Part shown: positions 14,644 through 27,700 of the stretch, in pieces | Layout: every line of letters starts with the position of its first letter | Numbering within the stretch: the first letter of the stretch is position 1 | NCBI RefSeq assembly: GCF_026571515.1 | Contig: NW_026864423.1 | Location: 1-64,000, forward strand | Direction: 5' to 3' | DNA from: Ruditapes philippinarum | Lineage: Eukaryota | DNA length: 64,000 nucleotides | The notes under the pieces: model-generated | What the model saw: only the letters and a program-made list of their open reading frames with translations | Told to the model about the DNA's origin: nothing | Database searches by the model: none | Position numbers and translations under genes: made by a program

Positions 14644-14879
14644 GAGCCGCGTTAACGACAAAACCAACGTAATGCGTTTGCGACCAGCATGGATCCAGAT
14701 CAGCCTGCGCATCCGCGCAGTCTGATCAGGATCCATGCTGTTCGCTTATCAACCCTTTAACAAGTAGAGACACTGACAGCGAACAGCATGGATCCTGATC
14801 AGACTGCGCGGATGCGCAGGCTGGTCTGGATCCATGCTGGTCGCAAAACCATTATGTTGGTTTTGTCGTGACGCGGCTC
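14644..14879. mobile_element. Sola-type foldback MITE
   Basis: Long TIRs, AAAT TSD. Confidence 0.85.
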
Positions 14880-16854
14880 AAATGTACATTTGTCCAGCTT
14901 ATGTCTCTATGATATGTCTTGATTCATAACCAACCATAAAAAAACAACTTTGAACGTTGTTTTACACTTAACCTGCTGGAACCGGAAGTAATTATTTTGG
15001 CCTCTTCCACCAGTCAAGAACAATGCCAGTCTGCACATCCGCCCAGTTAAACCAGTCTACTGTACAATGCATTAACTATTTAATTTTTTTACTATGCCGA
15101 TATTGAAAACCCTTAACTTTAGTAAAAGTTTGTTTTAAATTAAAGCAGGAAAAATCCTTTGCATAAATTTCGAAGGTTAAGTTATTCTTGTTCTAACACA
15201 TGATATATACCATAGACTTTATACATGTATACGTTTTTTCCCCAAATTGTCTATTATTATAGTAACAGCGATTTAGTTCTGATAGGTAATATTGCCAATT
15301 GTAAGTTATTAGTTTAATTAAAAAATATCTATTTCATGCCACCTGGGATGAAAGCTTAAGGTCAATATGAGCCACCCTCTGTTCCGCTTCCTGTATAGCA
15401 TATATAACCAATGGCACAGGACGTGATTTATATAACATAAACCCATTCATATATGGCCATATAAACTGTCAAAAGTTTTTAAAACGAATTGATGATAATG
15501 TACAAATACCTCTTTATTTTGGTTATAAAAAGAGAAAATAATTTACAATTTTGCTATGCATAGCCGTGTTAATTGAAAATATAAACGTCACGATTATTCA
15601 AATCGACGTTACAGACGTGAAATTTCACAAGAATGAAGCGTTCCTTATCACTGTAAAAAATATCTAGACCAATGGTCCTACTTAGCTTAAACGTAAAGAT
15701 ACATGCCTCCATATGAGCTCAAAAAATTAAAGAAAATCAACCTTAAATAAAATGTACTAAGATTATAAGAGAAGTAGAAATATTTATAATTCACTCAATA
15801 ATTTACATGTTACATGCAATGAATGACTGATTTAGCACTTATTTATCACCCCATTTCTACTGCGTGAGTCACGGAGTAAGGGCTTTTTTTGTATATTTTG
15901 ACATTTACTTGATAATTTACGTGGACTGAAGCTGACGTTTGAAATGTGTTATTAACTTTCTTTGTTCACTTATAAAGAAAGATAATTTATTGACGTATAC
16001 ATTCAGTACATATAGTCATTTCACACACATTTGTATAACTTACAATTAAACACGATATCACGGTACATGAACAAAAGTTGTGGCACAAAATATTCAATTT
16101 ACATATTTTTGGAGAATGAACGTTAACATTAACGTTAACAGCATTTAGTACTAAAGTAAGCTTAGCTATGAAAAAGCGTTTACATTCTTAAAGATAAAAA
16201 AGTGGATTTTAAAATTAATTATATGCTGTGATAAGATTGCATTTAGCAGTGATCCATAATTGACACATTATCAAGTAACTTAAGAACTCAAATATAACGA
16301 GACAAATTTATACATTGATTTACAGAGCATTAAGTAGTTCAATTTGATGCTTTGTAGCATAAAACAAATATTTACCTAAACCTATACTGTATATAATTTT
16401 ACTTTTTAATACATTTTCCTTTTTTTTTTTTTTTTTTAATAAGCTTGAATCTGGAGGCATGCTACTTTAAACAACCCGAAAACGTATCTTTTACATCCAA
16501 GTAACCTTTCAACGAAACTAAATGATAATTATATACAATCTAATAGTCTATTATTACAATTTAATAAAACTACTTATATATATGACTACACGATATTCAA
16601 CCATAAAATAATAAAACAATTTCCCACCACAATATAATATAAACACAATGCATACAATATCCATTGAGTTTAGTCTCTGTCATGTCATTTGTTCAGATAA
16701 TCTATATAATATAAATATATAAAAATGGCTCAGCGTCATTAAAGTGCACCAAAAATCATTCACTTCTTCGGCAAATTTAGGAATGTTTACATGTAAGGCA
16801 TATGAGAAAATCTATTGTCAGCAGTTCTGTTGCAGATCTTTATAAACAGTATTT

Positions 16855-17081
16855 GAGCTGTGTCATGACAAAACACACATATTGGGTTTGCGACCAGCAT
16901 GGATCCAGACCAGCCTGCGCATCCGCGCAGTCTGATCAGGATCCATACTGTTCGCTATCAGTTTCTCTACTTGTAATAGAGTTGGTAAGCGAACAGCATG
17001 GATCCTGATCAGACTGCGCGGATTGGTCTGGATCCATGCTGGTCGCAAACGCATTATGTTGGTTTTGTCGTGACGTGGCTT
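16855..17081. mobile_element. Sola-type foldback MITE
   Basis: Long TIRs, ATTT TSD. Confidence 0.8.
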
Positions 17082-17111
17082 ATTTTATTTTTTGACACGT
17101 ATCCTCTGCAC

Positions 17112-17205
17112 TTATCGTTTGCAACAAGCACAGCAGCAACAGCAGCAGACGACAATACCGATGATAATCAGCAATCCCACAATGCCACAAACAATCGGTA
17201 CCCAT
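17112..17205 (-). CDS. Shisa-like gene copy 2, terminal coding exon (TM + poly-Cys, stop)
   Basis: AG acceptor; WVPIVCGIVGLLIIIGIVVCCCCCCACCKR*; AATAAA ~20 nt after the stop. Confidence 0.85.
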
Positions 17206-17779
17206 CTATAATAAAAGACAAAAATGCACATTAATTTTATTGTTTCATATTTTTCACATAACAAATCAATTTTGTAAGACTATAAACTATTTACTCTACC
17301 CTAATTCCATATTCCATATAATTTCTGTATATAGATCAAAAGCAAAAAAGATGTTACCATGAAAGAATCAATTTAATGAGGACAAAACCAATTTTTTTAA
17401 ATCATTCTAATCAATTTAATTTCATTGGATATATAGTATTTTATTTGAAAAATGTGAGAAGAAGTAATTAATTGGAAAATGTTTCCAAGTCCTTCAAGAT
17501 TTTAACAGGGGGGGGGGGGACACGTAACTAGTGCCGATACGAGATTTGAAAGTTTTTGTTCTATATAATAACAAGAATAACAAGTTAGGTCATGCTATGA
17601 CAAATATTTCCTTTCAGAGAATCAGACCTTTCTTTTCGTTTTATTTTTGCTTTCTTTTCGTACAGTTCTTGCGCTCTGGTATCTTCTATAATAATTATTT
17701 ACATGTAAGTAGTTCATTTTTATCACGGTCAAAATTGTATTTTACTCCACAAATAATTTTCACCAGAAAAAGGTTTGGC

Positions 17780-19203
17780 TATGGTGGCTGATTTGGAACG
17801 CTTTTGTGTTGGCGCTAGCGACAACAGGACAAAGCGCCAAACGGCGCGTTGTCGGACTTTCGTCTTGTCATCCTCTCGCTAGCGATTTACGCCAAACGCC
17901 AAATGTCACAATGCCGCTCGGTTCAAATCTAAGGATTGGCTTATAAGCCAAGCGACAGAGCGACATCGCGACAACGCTATCGACAACGCAACGCGCAATG
18001 TACCATAGAAAACGGTTTGTTTTATCATATTATAGCATAAAATCGGCTATTTTTCCCTCTTTTGCCCATGTTATAACGGGACCAAAACCATGTGTTAACA
18101 TAGTCACGCGCTCTTGTTATAGCCCGGTTTCACCTATGCGCAATACATACAGGGCCCAGTAAACAAACAAACAAAAAATGACGATTTGGCCTGTTTGCCG
18201 AAGAGTCATGCGTTCTTGTTATATTGAAATTTATTGATTCGAGGGCCTCAGTCGCATATTCCAGTAACTATGCCGGAAAAACGGCGTATAGACAGCGGTG
18301 CTAATCTTGGTTGTCGCCCTTTCTAAGAAACGGACAGTTGTCAATGTAAACAAATACAGTAGAATCTACCTGTCATTCAGTTTAACACTCCGATTAACTT
18401 ACAAAACTAGAGAACACAAAATTAATATGAGAAAATGTTTTTTATTTATGTTAATGTTGATAAATGCTCTTTATATTTCTTTGAGAGAATAATGCTTAGT
18501 GCCTGATTTTTTTATAAACTTGTTTGCTTGAGAAAAAAAAAACGATTCTGATGTCACTGATCTTTTTTCTATCGTCAATCTGAAATCACTCTAAGAATTT
18601 CTGAGGGTCATGTTTTGTCTTGGGTAGAGGGTACAGTAATGTAACGGTTTTTTTCTTGAGATAATAAATCTTCAAAGGCCAAGCTTTGTTAAATCAATTA
18701 AAATTCAAAATTTCGATCGGTTCCGAAAATTTTCCAAGTTGTTGGCCCCGGAAAAATGAAACGCATACGTAAAACATAGAATTGGATAAATACCGTCCAG
18801 GCACAAGAATTTAATGTTATTGTGTTTTGTATAAACTATGCATCACGAATCTGTTTGAAAATTTTATGCTATAATAGCGTCAACGCACGTTTATTTCGTG
18901 TTATAAAGTCTGCAGAGTCCCTCGGAACTGTTGGAGCCCTCGCCCTACCGGGCTCGGGCACCAACCGTTCCTCGGGACTCTGCAGACGTTATAACACGGA
19001 AAAACGTGCGTTAACCCTATAAAAGAAGCGTTTCATATGATGGATGATGTACACTTTGCGCGCTGCGTAGTCGATAGCGACAACACTACCTATATCGTTA
19101 TTGCCTTTTCGTATTGTCGTCTTGTCGCTAGCGGCAAACGGCGCGTTGTCGCACTGTCGTCTTGTCGCTAGCGAAGCACGCCAAATCAGCCACCATAGTT
19201 TCA
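17780..19203. mobile_element. TIR MITE with internal GTCGC-rich repeats, interrupted by a nested element
   Basis: ctatggtggctgatttgg ... ccaaatcagccaccatag; uninterrupted paralogue at 40712-41423. Confidence 0.7.
18031..19020. mobile_element. ~1-kb element with a 5' IR, a subterminal IR and a ~145-bp terminal hairpin, inserted at TATA
   Basis: Absent from duplication copy B; tattatagcataaaat is inverted to attttatgctataata (18861-18876); palindrome at 18874-19020. Confidence 0.7.
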
Positions 19204-19219
19204 TGTTCTTCTATTTATA

Positions 19220-20042
19220 TACACTCCTGCGCATCGGTCGAATGTTTCACTTAAGGCCTCAACAGACGGTAGGATTTTGAAGTACAACACCAATTAAAAC
19301 TGAGATGTACAGACAAATCTTAATGTATGAATGCTACTATTTCTTGATTTCGGAAACCTTAAGTCAAGATGTAAGGGATAGGACATGTTCTATTTTAAAA
19401 ATCTTGTCGTACAAATTTTTACAGACATACCACAATGACAAGTAACAGATAATCAAATCATCTCCTGATAATGGGTGTAATGAATGAAATTCCAGAACAA
19501 TTAGGGCTAAAAGGTAAACATAGTAGTAAGATGGGGTAAAAATGATGTTGAAAAACTCTTCAGGAGACCCAAAGTTGTGTTATGTTCGAATCCCAAATTA
19601 TTCCGAAAATGATTATGTCACGGTATTAAATTGTTCTCTAATTAGGGGAAGGGAGGTAGTTTGTATGCGGCCAGATAGCTTAGCCAGTAGAGCCGCAATA
19701 CGGTATTCCGAGGGTCCGTGGTTTGAGTCTTGGTCAGGCTTCACATAAAAAAAAATATATTATATATATTTTTTTAAATGGAGGTGTTTGAATCATTACT
19801 CATGGCGAAAAAAAAGTAGTGAGTAAAGTATGTAAAGGATCAATGTAAAGGGATCCTTTTTAGGGGAAACCTCAGATGATTCTTACAGTGTAGAATTACC
19901 GTCTGAATGCAAGTGTTGTATAGCTTTAAAGATTGTACATCTTATCTCTAATTAGTGCTGTACGTAGAACTAAATCCTCCCGTCTATTGAGGCGTGACTC
20001 ACTTCAGCGTGAGTGCATTCAGTAAGCTGTGAAGGGAGCGTA
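19220..20042. mobile_element. Non-autonomous DNA transposon with a 9-bp TSD (Mutator-like by TSD length)
   Basis: CTATTTATA at 19211-19219 and 20043-20051; short TIR TACACTCC/GGAGCGTA; empty site at ~41431; contains a tRNA-like SINE head at ~19669-19742. Confidence 0.7.
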
Positions 20043-20254
20043 CTATTTATACATTTAAGTCAAACTATTTTTCGTTTCCTGTTTGGAGCAAACAAGTTCC
20101 TGACTGCAAATAATGTCAAGTGAAAGGTTTGACGAGTGAAAGGTTTCTTCAATCTATTTTACAAAACCTATAGTTTCATGATTACAGAAATTGAAAGTTA
20201 AGAAAATATAGCAATAGACAGAGCATATTAGTTTAGTTTAAACCTATTTATTTA

Positions 20255-20420
20255 AGCTCGATTGTGAAGCAAGTTCATGCAATTTATATTAATCACTTTC
20301 GAGTCTGTTTCATGGAACCAACCAGTACTGTCATATTAAGTAACATGGTCGTGACCCGAGTATGCTTCGAACTCATGACCCCTGGGTTTCAAGGCAAACA
20401 CCTTAACCACTAGGCCACTG
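20255..20420 (-). mobile_element. tRNA-derived SINE
   Basis: GTGGCCTAGTGGTTAAGG A-box and GAGTTCGAAGC B-box; paralogue at ~41640-41810. Confidence 0.6.
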
Positions 20421-20487
20421 CTGTCCTTTTAATCCCTTCGAGTCACTGACGGATAGGAAAACTTCAAGTACCATACTAAATACTTAC

Positions 20488-20689
20488 ATATGCTGACTTA
20501 GCCAGTCTTTAACGCAATCTTCATTTTGGTTCTTAGTCGCAGGTATCTGCCTGCTGGAATCGTCGCAGCATTCTTTATATTCAATGCCTAGTCTTATGCA
20601 ACAGTAATCCGGACATAGTTCTGCTTTATGTTCTTTTCCGGAAATGTCCGTGTAACTTCCACAGCAGTCCGCGGCTTCTGAGCCCTGAC
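20488..20689 (-). CDS. Shisa-like gene copy 2, exon 2 (ectodomain)
   Basis: 202-nt AG/GT exon; GQGSEAADCCGSYTDISGKEHKAELCPDYCCIRLGIEYKECCDDSSRQIPATKNQNEDCVKDWLSQH. Confidence 0.88.
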
Positions 20690-22477
20690 CTGTCAACATA
20701 AACAATCTTTGCAGTTGAATTTTGTATGAGGTGGGCATATGCGCTATTGATCCGGATATAGATTGTATTTGACAATGCTACAGGCGAACGCGATGGAATA
20801 TCAACATTATTGAACTCGATAACACACATGCCATAATTATCTGGGAAAACTATGTACAAAAAGCAGCATTCTGAACATCTCGGCCGAAGTTTGACGGAAA
20901 GAGCCGAGAAGACGCGACTACGGACCCCAGTCATGTCAGGGTTAATTTTGAAAGATTGCCACGGAGTATTAGCCACAGATATGTATTTTTAATCAAAAGT
21001 AGGTCACTGTACGACGGCCAATGAGAACCTTAATGTATACATGTAGTAACCCGAGACAATATAAAGAGGAGGAGGTAGCCATACATCTGCAAAACTAACA
21101 ATAATAAAACACAATTAAACAATATATACAATTTAAACGCCAAACAATACGCCTACACATTTACAAGAACAACCGTCATTCTTTTGAACGTATAAATTAA
21201 TTATGATAAACACTGAAGGATGAACGATTGCTTCAAAGGTAAGTCGTGTGTGTTTATCTCGTATCTAATTTACATCAACTAAATCTTAGAGAAGCGTGCC
21301 CTAAGATTCAGCCAATGCCATTAAAATGTCTGATATTTTCGTATTAGATTATCTTCTTATAAATAGTTCATTGAAAAATAAAGAACTTTAGCGAAACGTT
21401 TTAAAAAATCGAATATTAGGTTTAAATATGCGTTTAAGAGATATTTTCAAAATCCGTATACAAAATTGTATAATTGATGAAAAATATTATTACACGTCAT
21501 AACTTTACCCCAACAAGAACACAGTCTGGGGTATTCCTGCATTTGCTGCAAGTTTATAAATATCTACAGTGATCTAGCAGATATGTTTTTACTACTGGTA
21601 AACAAAAAAACCTGATTTCATTTTGTATCTGATTTTTTTTTGTAAGAGTTAGCTCGTTTAAAAGTTTCTAGAAGTTAAAGGTGTATATAATGCGAAAACT
21701 GCCTTTTTGTGCACTGTGGGCGGCTAGGTCAACCGCACATTTTCCATAAGTATTTCAAATAATGACAAAAACAATAGAAATGTATCATTTGGATATTCTT
21801 ATTAGATGCTGCATAAAAAGTGTTGATAAAGTACTAGATCTAAGTGTTTTAGAATGATCATTAATTATCTGATAAAAAATATTATTTTGTTCTAGAACAA
21901 TTTTTTATCTGTTCTATGAATATATTTGATATTGTATCATGTATTTTCCGCTTGCCAACAACTTCCATGTTTAATTCGTTCGTGGTTTGTTGTCATATTT
22001 AATACTAAATACTATCAAATTATCAATGTATTTATATTTATTCATTGTTTTACAGACCAAATCACTTTAAACACAAACTATTTGGCATTTTGGATTTCGT
22101 TATCAAAAACAACATCATAACTATATATAGAACAGAAATGATTAGCACAAAACTGGGGGGCGTGTTACTTTAACCAAACATATTTAACCTTCAAAAAATG
22201 CCCTTAAGAATGTAAACTGTAATTAAGTACAAGTAACAACAATGACATACAAAACAAGAGTTGTTTTTAAGCCAGGACATTGTCCTTAAAGTAATACATA
22301 CATGTACACAATCGTGTTTACATACTGTATACGTATCTTGTTTTCTGATACCGTCGGAGAAGAAAATAGAAAAAAAAAACTTAACCTGTGTAATAACGTA
22401 TTATTTATAAAATATACAATTATTTTTTTTATATTTAAAACGAATCACATGTATAATTATATAAAAAAAATAATTAC

Positions 22478-22526
22478 CTGATAATACAAACAAAACAACA
22501 CCGATAATCAACAACAACTTAAGCAT
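22478..22526 (-). CDS. Shisa-like gene copy 2, exon 1 (signal peptide)
   Basis: MLKLLLIIGVVLFVLS-G|GTAA, phase 1. Confidence 0.82.
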
Positions 22527-23617
22527 TTTCACGGTATTTACACTATCACTATCGTCTACGCTATGCCGTTTGCCTTACTGTGAGTAATAATCATTTTGAA
22601 GAGGGCCCGTGAAGGGTGTTTTGATAAGCATCAATAATTAAACGGACACTATTGTTATCAATTCAATTCACTTCGAAAAAGTCATTTTGATCATGTATAT
22701 TTGATTACCATGCATTTAAACATTTTCTTATTAAGTAAATAAAAATCCTCTCAAATTCTAGGGCGTATTATTGTTTATTTTCCTTTCATTTTCTTCTAAA
22801 GTCGATAAGAAACAGCTTCGGAACGCCTCTTAGTTTCGGAAAATACGTATTTCAAAATACAGGAAAAAACACTTGATTTGAATAATGTATCTTTATGAAT
22901 AATATGTCCGGTTTCAATAGTGTTTCATTTTTTCGCATTTTTGTTTTAGTTTTTACTTAAAATGTATTATTTATTGTCTGAATCGATAGATCGGACAACT
23001 TTTATCTTGCATAATCCGATAGAAGATGAATCATTCAATCTAATTGTATTGAACATATTTCATCCGCCCGCGAGGCATGCACATATACAATTTGTTTTGT
23101 AAATCCAACCCGAGAACACAATGTTATGTCACAGATGTCATTATATACTGTCTGGACAGGCTTATAAATCAATCAATAATCGTTGCATAATTCGAAACTA
23201 TCTGATAAACTGAAATGATATATGTACAAACAATTATAACATAGACCTCTATACGTGTATAAGCTTCGATCTTTAAGTGGTTTTATTATTCTTACGTTTT
23301 GGACTTTCTTTAGGGATTCTGTATTTCTCTATTTTATTATTCTTAGATTTCTTGGAGTTCTCTGAAGTAGTGTTATTAGACTTTTTGTGAATTGAAGGTC
23401 AGTGGGGGTAATAAATCATGCATAACTTATTCTTTTAAATTGTTTTTATTATATATACATGTTTCTTATTACTCTGTATAAAGTGGCAATGTTTCAATGC
23501 TATGTAGATGTGTATACTGTTATGTATTGAAATGATAGCAGCGCAGTTGCATATCCTATAAAAAAAATTCCAAGTGTAAGTTGCGCGCCATTTTTTTTCA
23601 TTTAGATTCAAAATGAC

Positions 23618-24012
23618 TATATTTTGGTAGTAAATTGTATAGTTATATTATATTTGGTAGAAAATGTTTACATTTAATTATATTATATTTAGAAGTAAAA
23701 TGTATAATTATATTATATTTGGAAGTAAAATGTATAATTACAGTGTATATTATATTTGGTAGTAAAATGTATGATTATATTATAGTTGGTAGTAAAATGT
23801 ATGATTGTATTATATTTAGTAGTAAAATTATGATTATATTACATTTGATAGTAAAATGTATACATGTAATTATATTATAATAGTATTCGGTAGTAAAATG
23901 TATAATTATGTTATATTTAGTAGTAAAATGTACATATATATTATATTTAGTAGTAAAATGTATAATAATGTTATATTTGCTAGTAAAATGTATGATTATA
24001 TTATATTTGGTA
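23618..24012. repeat. ~30-bp AT-rich minisatellite
   Basis: About 12 units of tatatttggtagtaaaatgtataattatat. Confidence 0.85.
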
Positions 24013-24268
24013 TATTTCGAGGTAAAATTTCATTGTTCTTTTCTTTTTTAAACTAAGCTACTTTAGATGTATTACTACTTACATTAATTAATCTGATTTC
24101 TCATTGTTTTAAATGTTTCATTTAATTATTAACATAATAAAATGTTTTGTTCATAAATTTCATTTAAATATCACACTTATAATTAATCTAAATCAATACC
24201 GTTTTTATACTAAAAAGCAATAACAGTTATTTTGTATACCATTTCAGATCAAAATATGACAAGACAAT

Positions 24269-24450
24269 TGTTGTGTAAACACTAAATAATCAAAAGATTG
24301 CACTGGTTCTTCAATAACGTTGTTTATTATCGATTACCGGAAGTCAACTCCTATAATGACGTCAATACAATAACATATAAAATGGCGCGTCACGCTAAAC
24401 GTGACGCTAATATTGGCGCAATAACTCTGTACATGCATATGTACGTAACA
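24269..24450 (-). repeat. 3' LTR of the BEL/Pao element
   Basis: No difference from 30122-30303 found by eye. Confidence 0.95.
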
Positions 24451-24749
24451 CTCCGGGGGCCACAATGCTTGTTCAAGATCATATTAAATAAAATAATTAT
24501 TGTACAAACTGAAATTCAATGAAATGAAGTATTGTAACTTAGAAACTTTAAAATCAGATATATCTAGTGAATTAAATTACAAGTTCGATCAATCAAATAA
24601 ATTCATAAACTGTCTCTGATAGTAAACCACTATTACAATTAGTTTCAAATCATTGTTATTATACTCTTATTGTAATTAACCGGTAAAGCTTCACTGATTA
24701 TATATAACAAATGTCAATTTATGTTTCAAAGGCATGCGCGAAAAATTGG

Positions 24750-27700
24750 TGCCAGCAAATGCACGTGAATCACGTGTACAATGTTATTTAAGTTCTAGTG
24801 GGTACAGCTTGGCAATAGGTCGTGTAGTAATTCCTCGTCTGGATTTAACACGGGCTGCTCGAATATGTCCATCACCTCCAGTTACTACATCTTCTATAAT
24901 TCCTAATGACCAGCGATTCCTTGGTAAATACTCGTCCATGTATTTGAACCACGTCACCAAACATTGATATTGTCACCATGGTTACCAGATTTCTGTGAAA
25001 CTCTCGCAACGATGTGAGGTATTCGTGTTTCCGATCTTGACCAAAAAATGATCAAGCGTTGCAGTCTTAAATACTGAACAATTTACCGGCCGATTCTTGG
25101 GTTAATTCCTTTGTTGTGGGATCTCTGTCGTCTGGATAAATAGGGGAGGTAATCCTTCGTCCGTATAGTAGATGCGATGGTGTTAATGGTTCTTCATCTT
25201 TGGTATCTGTATATGTATATGTAAGAGGGCGGTCAATTGATAATGCATTCTATTTCTGTTACAAGTGTACGAAAGAACTTCCATGCTTATTAATGATTTC
25301 CAAAGCACTTTTCTGATACATGTCTTGGTAATACCTATAAGTCTCTCCCACCAACCACCATACCAAGGGCATGTTGCGGGATAAAAGTCCATGAAATATT
25401 GTGTGTTGCCAAAAATCTCGTCCTTCAGGATTTTGGCAGTGGCTATATATGTAAGGGCGTTATCCGACATTATAATTTTTGGAATTGATTTTCTAACTGA
25501 AGAAACGCCGTAGAGCCAAAATGAATGATTCCACAGTCATATCTGGCACAATCTCTAAATGGATAGCTCGTGTATTTGCGCCACGTGAAAAGACAAAATA
25601 TATGCCTTTTTGTAGATCTCCATGAGGTGTTTTTACTGTCAATGCTCCAGTGAAATCTATCCCTGTCACAGTGAATGGTGGTGCTTGTTTCAATCTGTTG
25701 CTCGGTAAAGGGTGTGGGCGTCGGGAATACTATATGCTTTACCTGTTACCTTGCGGCACGTGACGCACGAGCGAACAATTTTCCGGACACGTTGACGAAT
25801 ACTTGGAATCCAGTACTTTTGACGAAGAAATGTGACAGTATTTGCTGTACCGGAATGAAGCTGAACAATATGTGCGTCCTTTATGATAAGGTCTGTAAAT
25901 TGATGTTTAGACGGAAGAAGGTACGGGAATCTCGTGCTTTCTTGTAACGGTGCATTATGTAATCTACCGCCGCAACGAATTAGCTTATCGTCATCCATAA
26001 AAAGATCTAGCTGTGTTACTATAGTTGGTCTTCTTGATCTGCTAGATTTGTTTTTCTAACAGGTACTTTATCACTTCTGGGAAATTTTGTCGTTGCACAT
26101 GTATTATTAGTTTGTCTGGCTGCTACATCCATCTCGTGTGTCTCTAAAGGTCACGTATTTTCTCTGAACGTCTGCAATTGTTAACAAATCGGTTGACGTA
26201 GGCCGTAACACGTAATAGTTTCATATATGAATTATATCTCTGGAAGTCTAGAATCTCTATAATATTTGGTGTTTGTAATGAGTCTCTTGAGGCCGTCAAA
26301 ACAGTTGTTTCACATATAGGATTGTCATATTCAACAAACTGGTAATCGTTCCTTGGAAATGCTCTCTCATCCGCCAGCCATTTAGGGCCATGCATCCACA
26401 ATGGATTATTTTGAATTTTTTCGTAGGTAAGTCCTCTCGATAAAAGGTCTGCAGGATTCTCATGAGTCGGGCAATACTGCCATTGAAAACCATTAGACAT
26501 CTCTTGTATTTCCTTTACACGATTTGAAACAAATATCGGTTGTTTCTTGGCTGAAGAAATCCAACTCAACACGATTTGACTATCGCTCCATAGATATATA
26601 CTTTTACAATCAATAGCTGACTTTATATGTTGACAAAGTCTTGCTGCAAGAAGTGCTGCACAAAGTTCTAGCTTTGGAACTGTAAGCTGCTTAATTGGGG
26701 CTACTTTACTCTTCGCCATGATGAGTATGCTTTCGTTACCGGAAACGAGATATGCGCATGCTCCATACGCTTTAATGCTTGAATCGGCGAAAATATGCAG
26801 GCTTTCATCTTTGTGTGTGGATTTTGGGAAATATTGCCGGCTGAATTTTATTCCGGTGGCCTTGACTAAATCTTCTCTTATCTTTATCCATTCCGTAATT
26901 ATTTCTTCGGGTAAAACCTCATCCCAGTCGAAGTTTTGTTTCCATAGCAACTGTATCAACATTTTTCCTCTAACAGTAATTGGACAGAGCAATCCCAACG
27001 GATCAAAGATTGATGACGACTCTTTCAAAATCTCCCTTTTAGTTAATAACAAGTCATTACTTGGGTTTGAAATCTTTGGCGAATACGACATTTCATCGGC
27101 TGAAGGATCCCAACGCATTCCCAGGGTCTTTGTGACTGTATCCTTGTCGCCGACTTCATCGGACTGGATAATTCTACGTAATTTTGGGTTGTTTGAGCTC
27201 CAGGATCTCAAATTAAAGCGTGCTTGCTGGAACAGGTGTCTGCTGTCTTTGTAGAAATCCAACAGTGAATTCTCATCTGGTATGCTTGCAAGAATATTGT
27301 CTTACATATTTAACGCTTCCTTGACTCGGTCTGTAATGCTTTACATTGATGTAAAATCTAAATGTTTCAATAATAACTGGCGTTCAAGAATGATGGTGAG
27401 CACGTTGCCTCCAAAAAAGCACTGACTTGAAAACGGTATAATCTGAAGAGAACTATCTGGATCATTTGGATCTGATAGCCAAAAAAACGGGTGACGGTCA
27501 CGGTCCGTCTTGATGTAAAGGCTGACGTTTAAGAATGCTTTCTCAATAATCGCCAGTGCAGACAGCAAAAATTTGTTGTAAACCGGAAACGCAGTAATAT
27601 TGAAGTTCAAAGTTCCGTTAAGTTGTGGTGGTATATTCCATCAGAAATCATTTTTAAACTTGGAAAAATTCTTAGAATGATCTGGCAACTGCAAACTCAT

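Larger units (their letters stand above)
11220..23541 (+). repeat. Segmental duplication, copy A (carries Shisa-like copy 2)
   Basis: Colinear, high similarity to 32288-45614, including shared MITEs and SINEs; copy-specific indels. Confidence 0.92.

Noticed and set aside
19669-19742. tRNA-like sequence
   Set aside because: Degenerate stems; better explained as a SINE head inside a transposon
20626-20976. 116-aa ORF overlapping Shisa-like exon 2
   Set aside because: Mostly intronic, in a different frame, and disrupted in copy B
22775-22800. ISRE-like GAAAATGAAAGGAAA upstream of copy 2, and NF-kB-like GGGGAAATTCAC at 10561 upstream of copy 1
   Set aside because: Short motifs expected by chance in AT-rich DNA; not supportable without data
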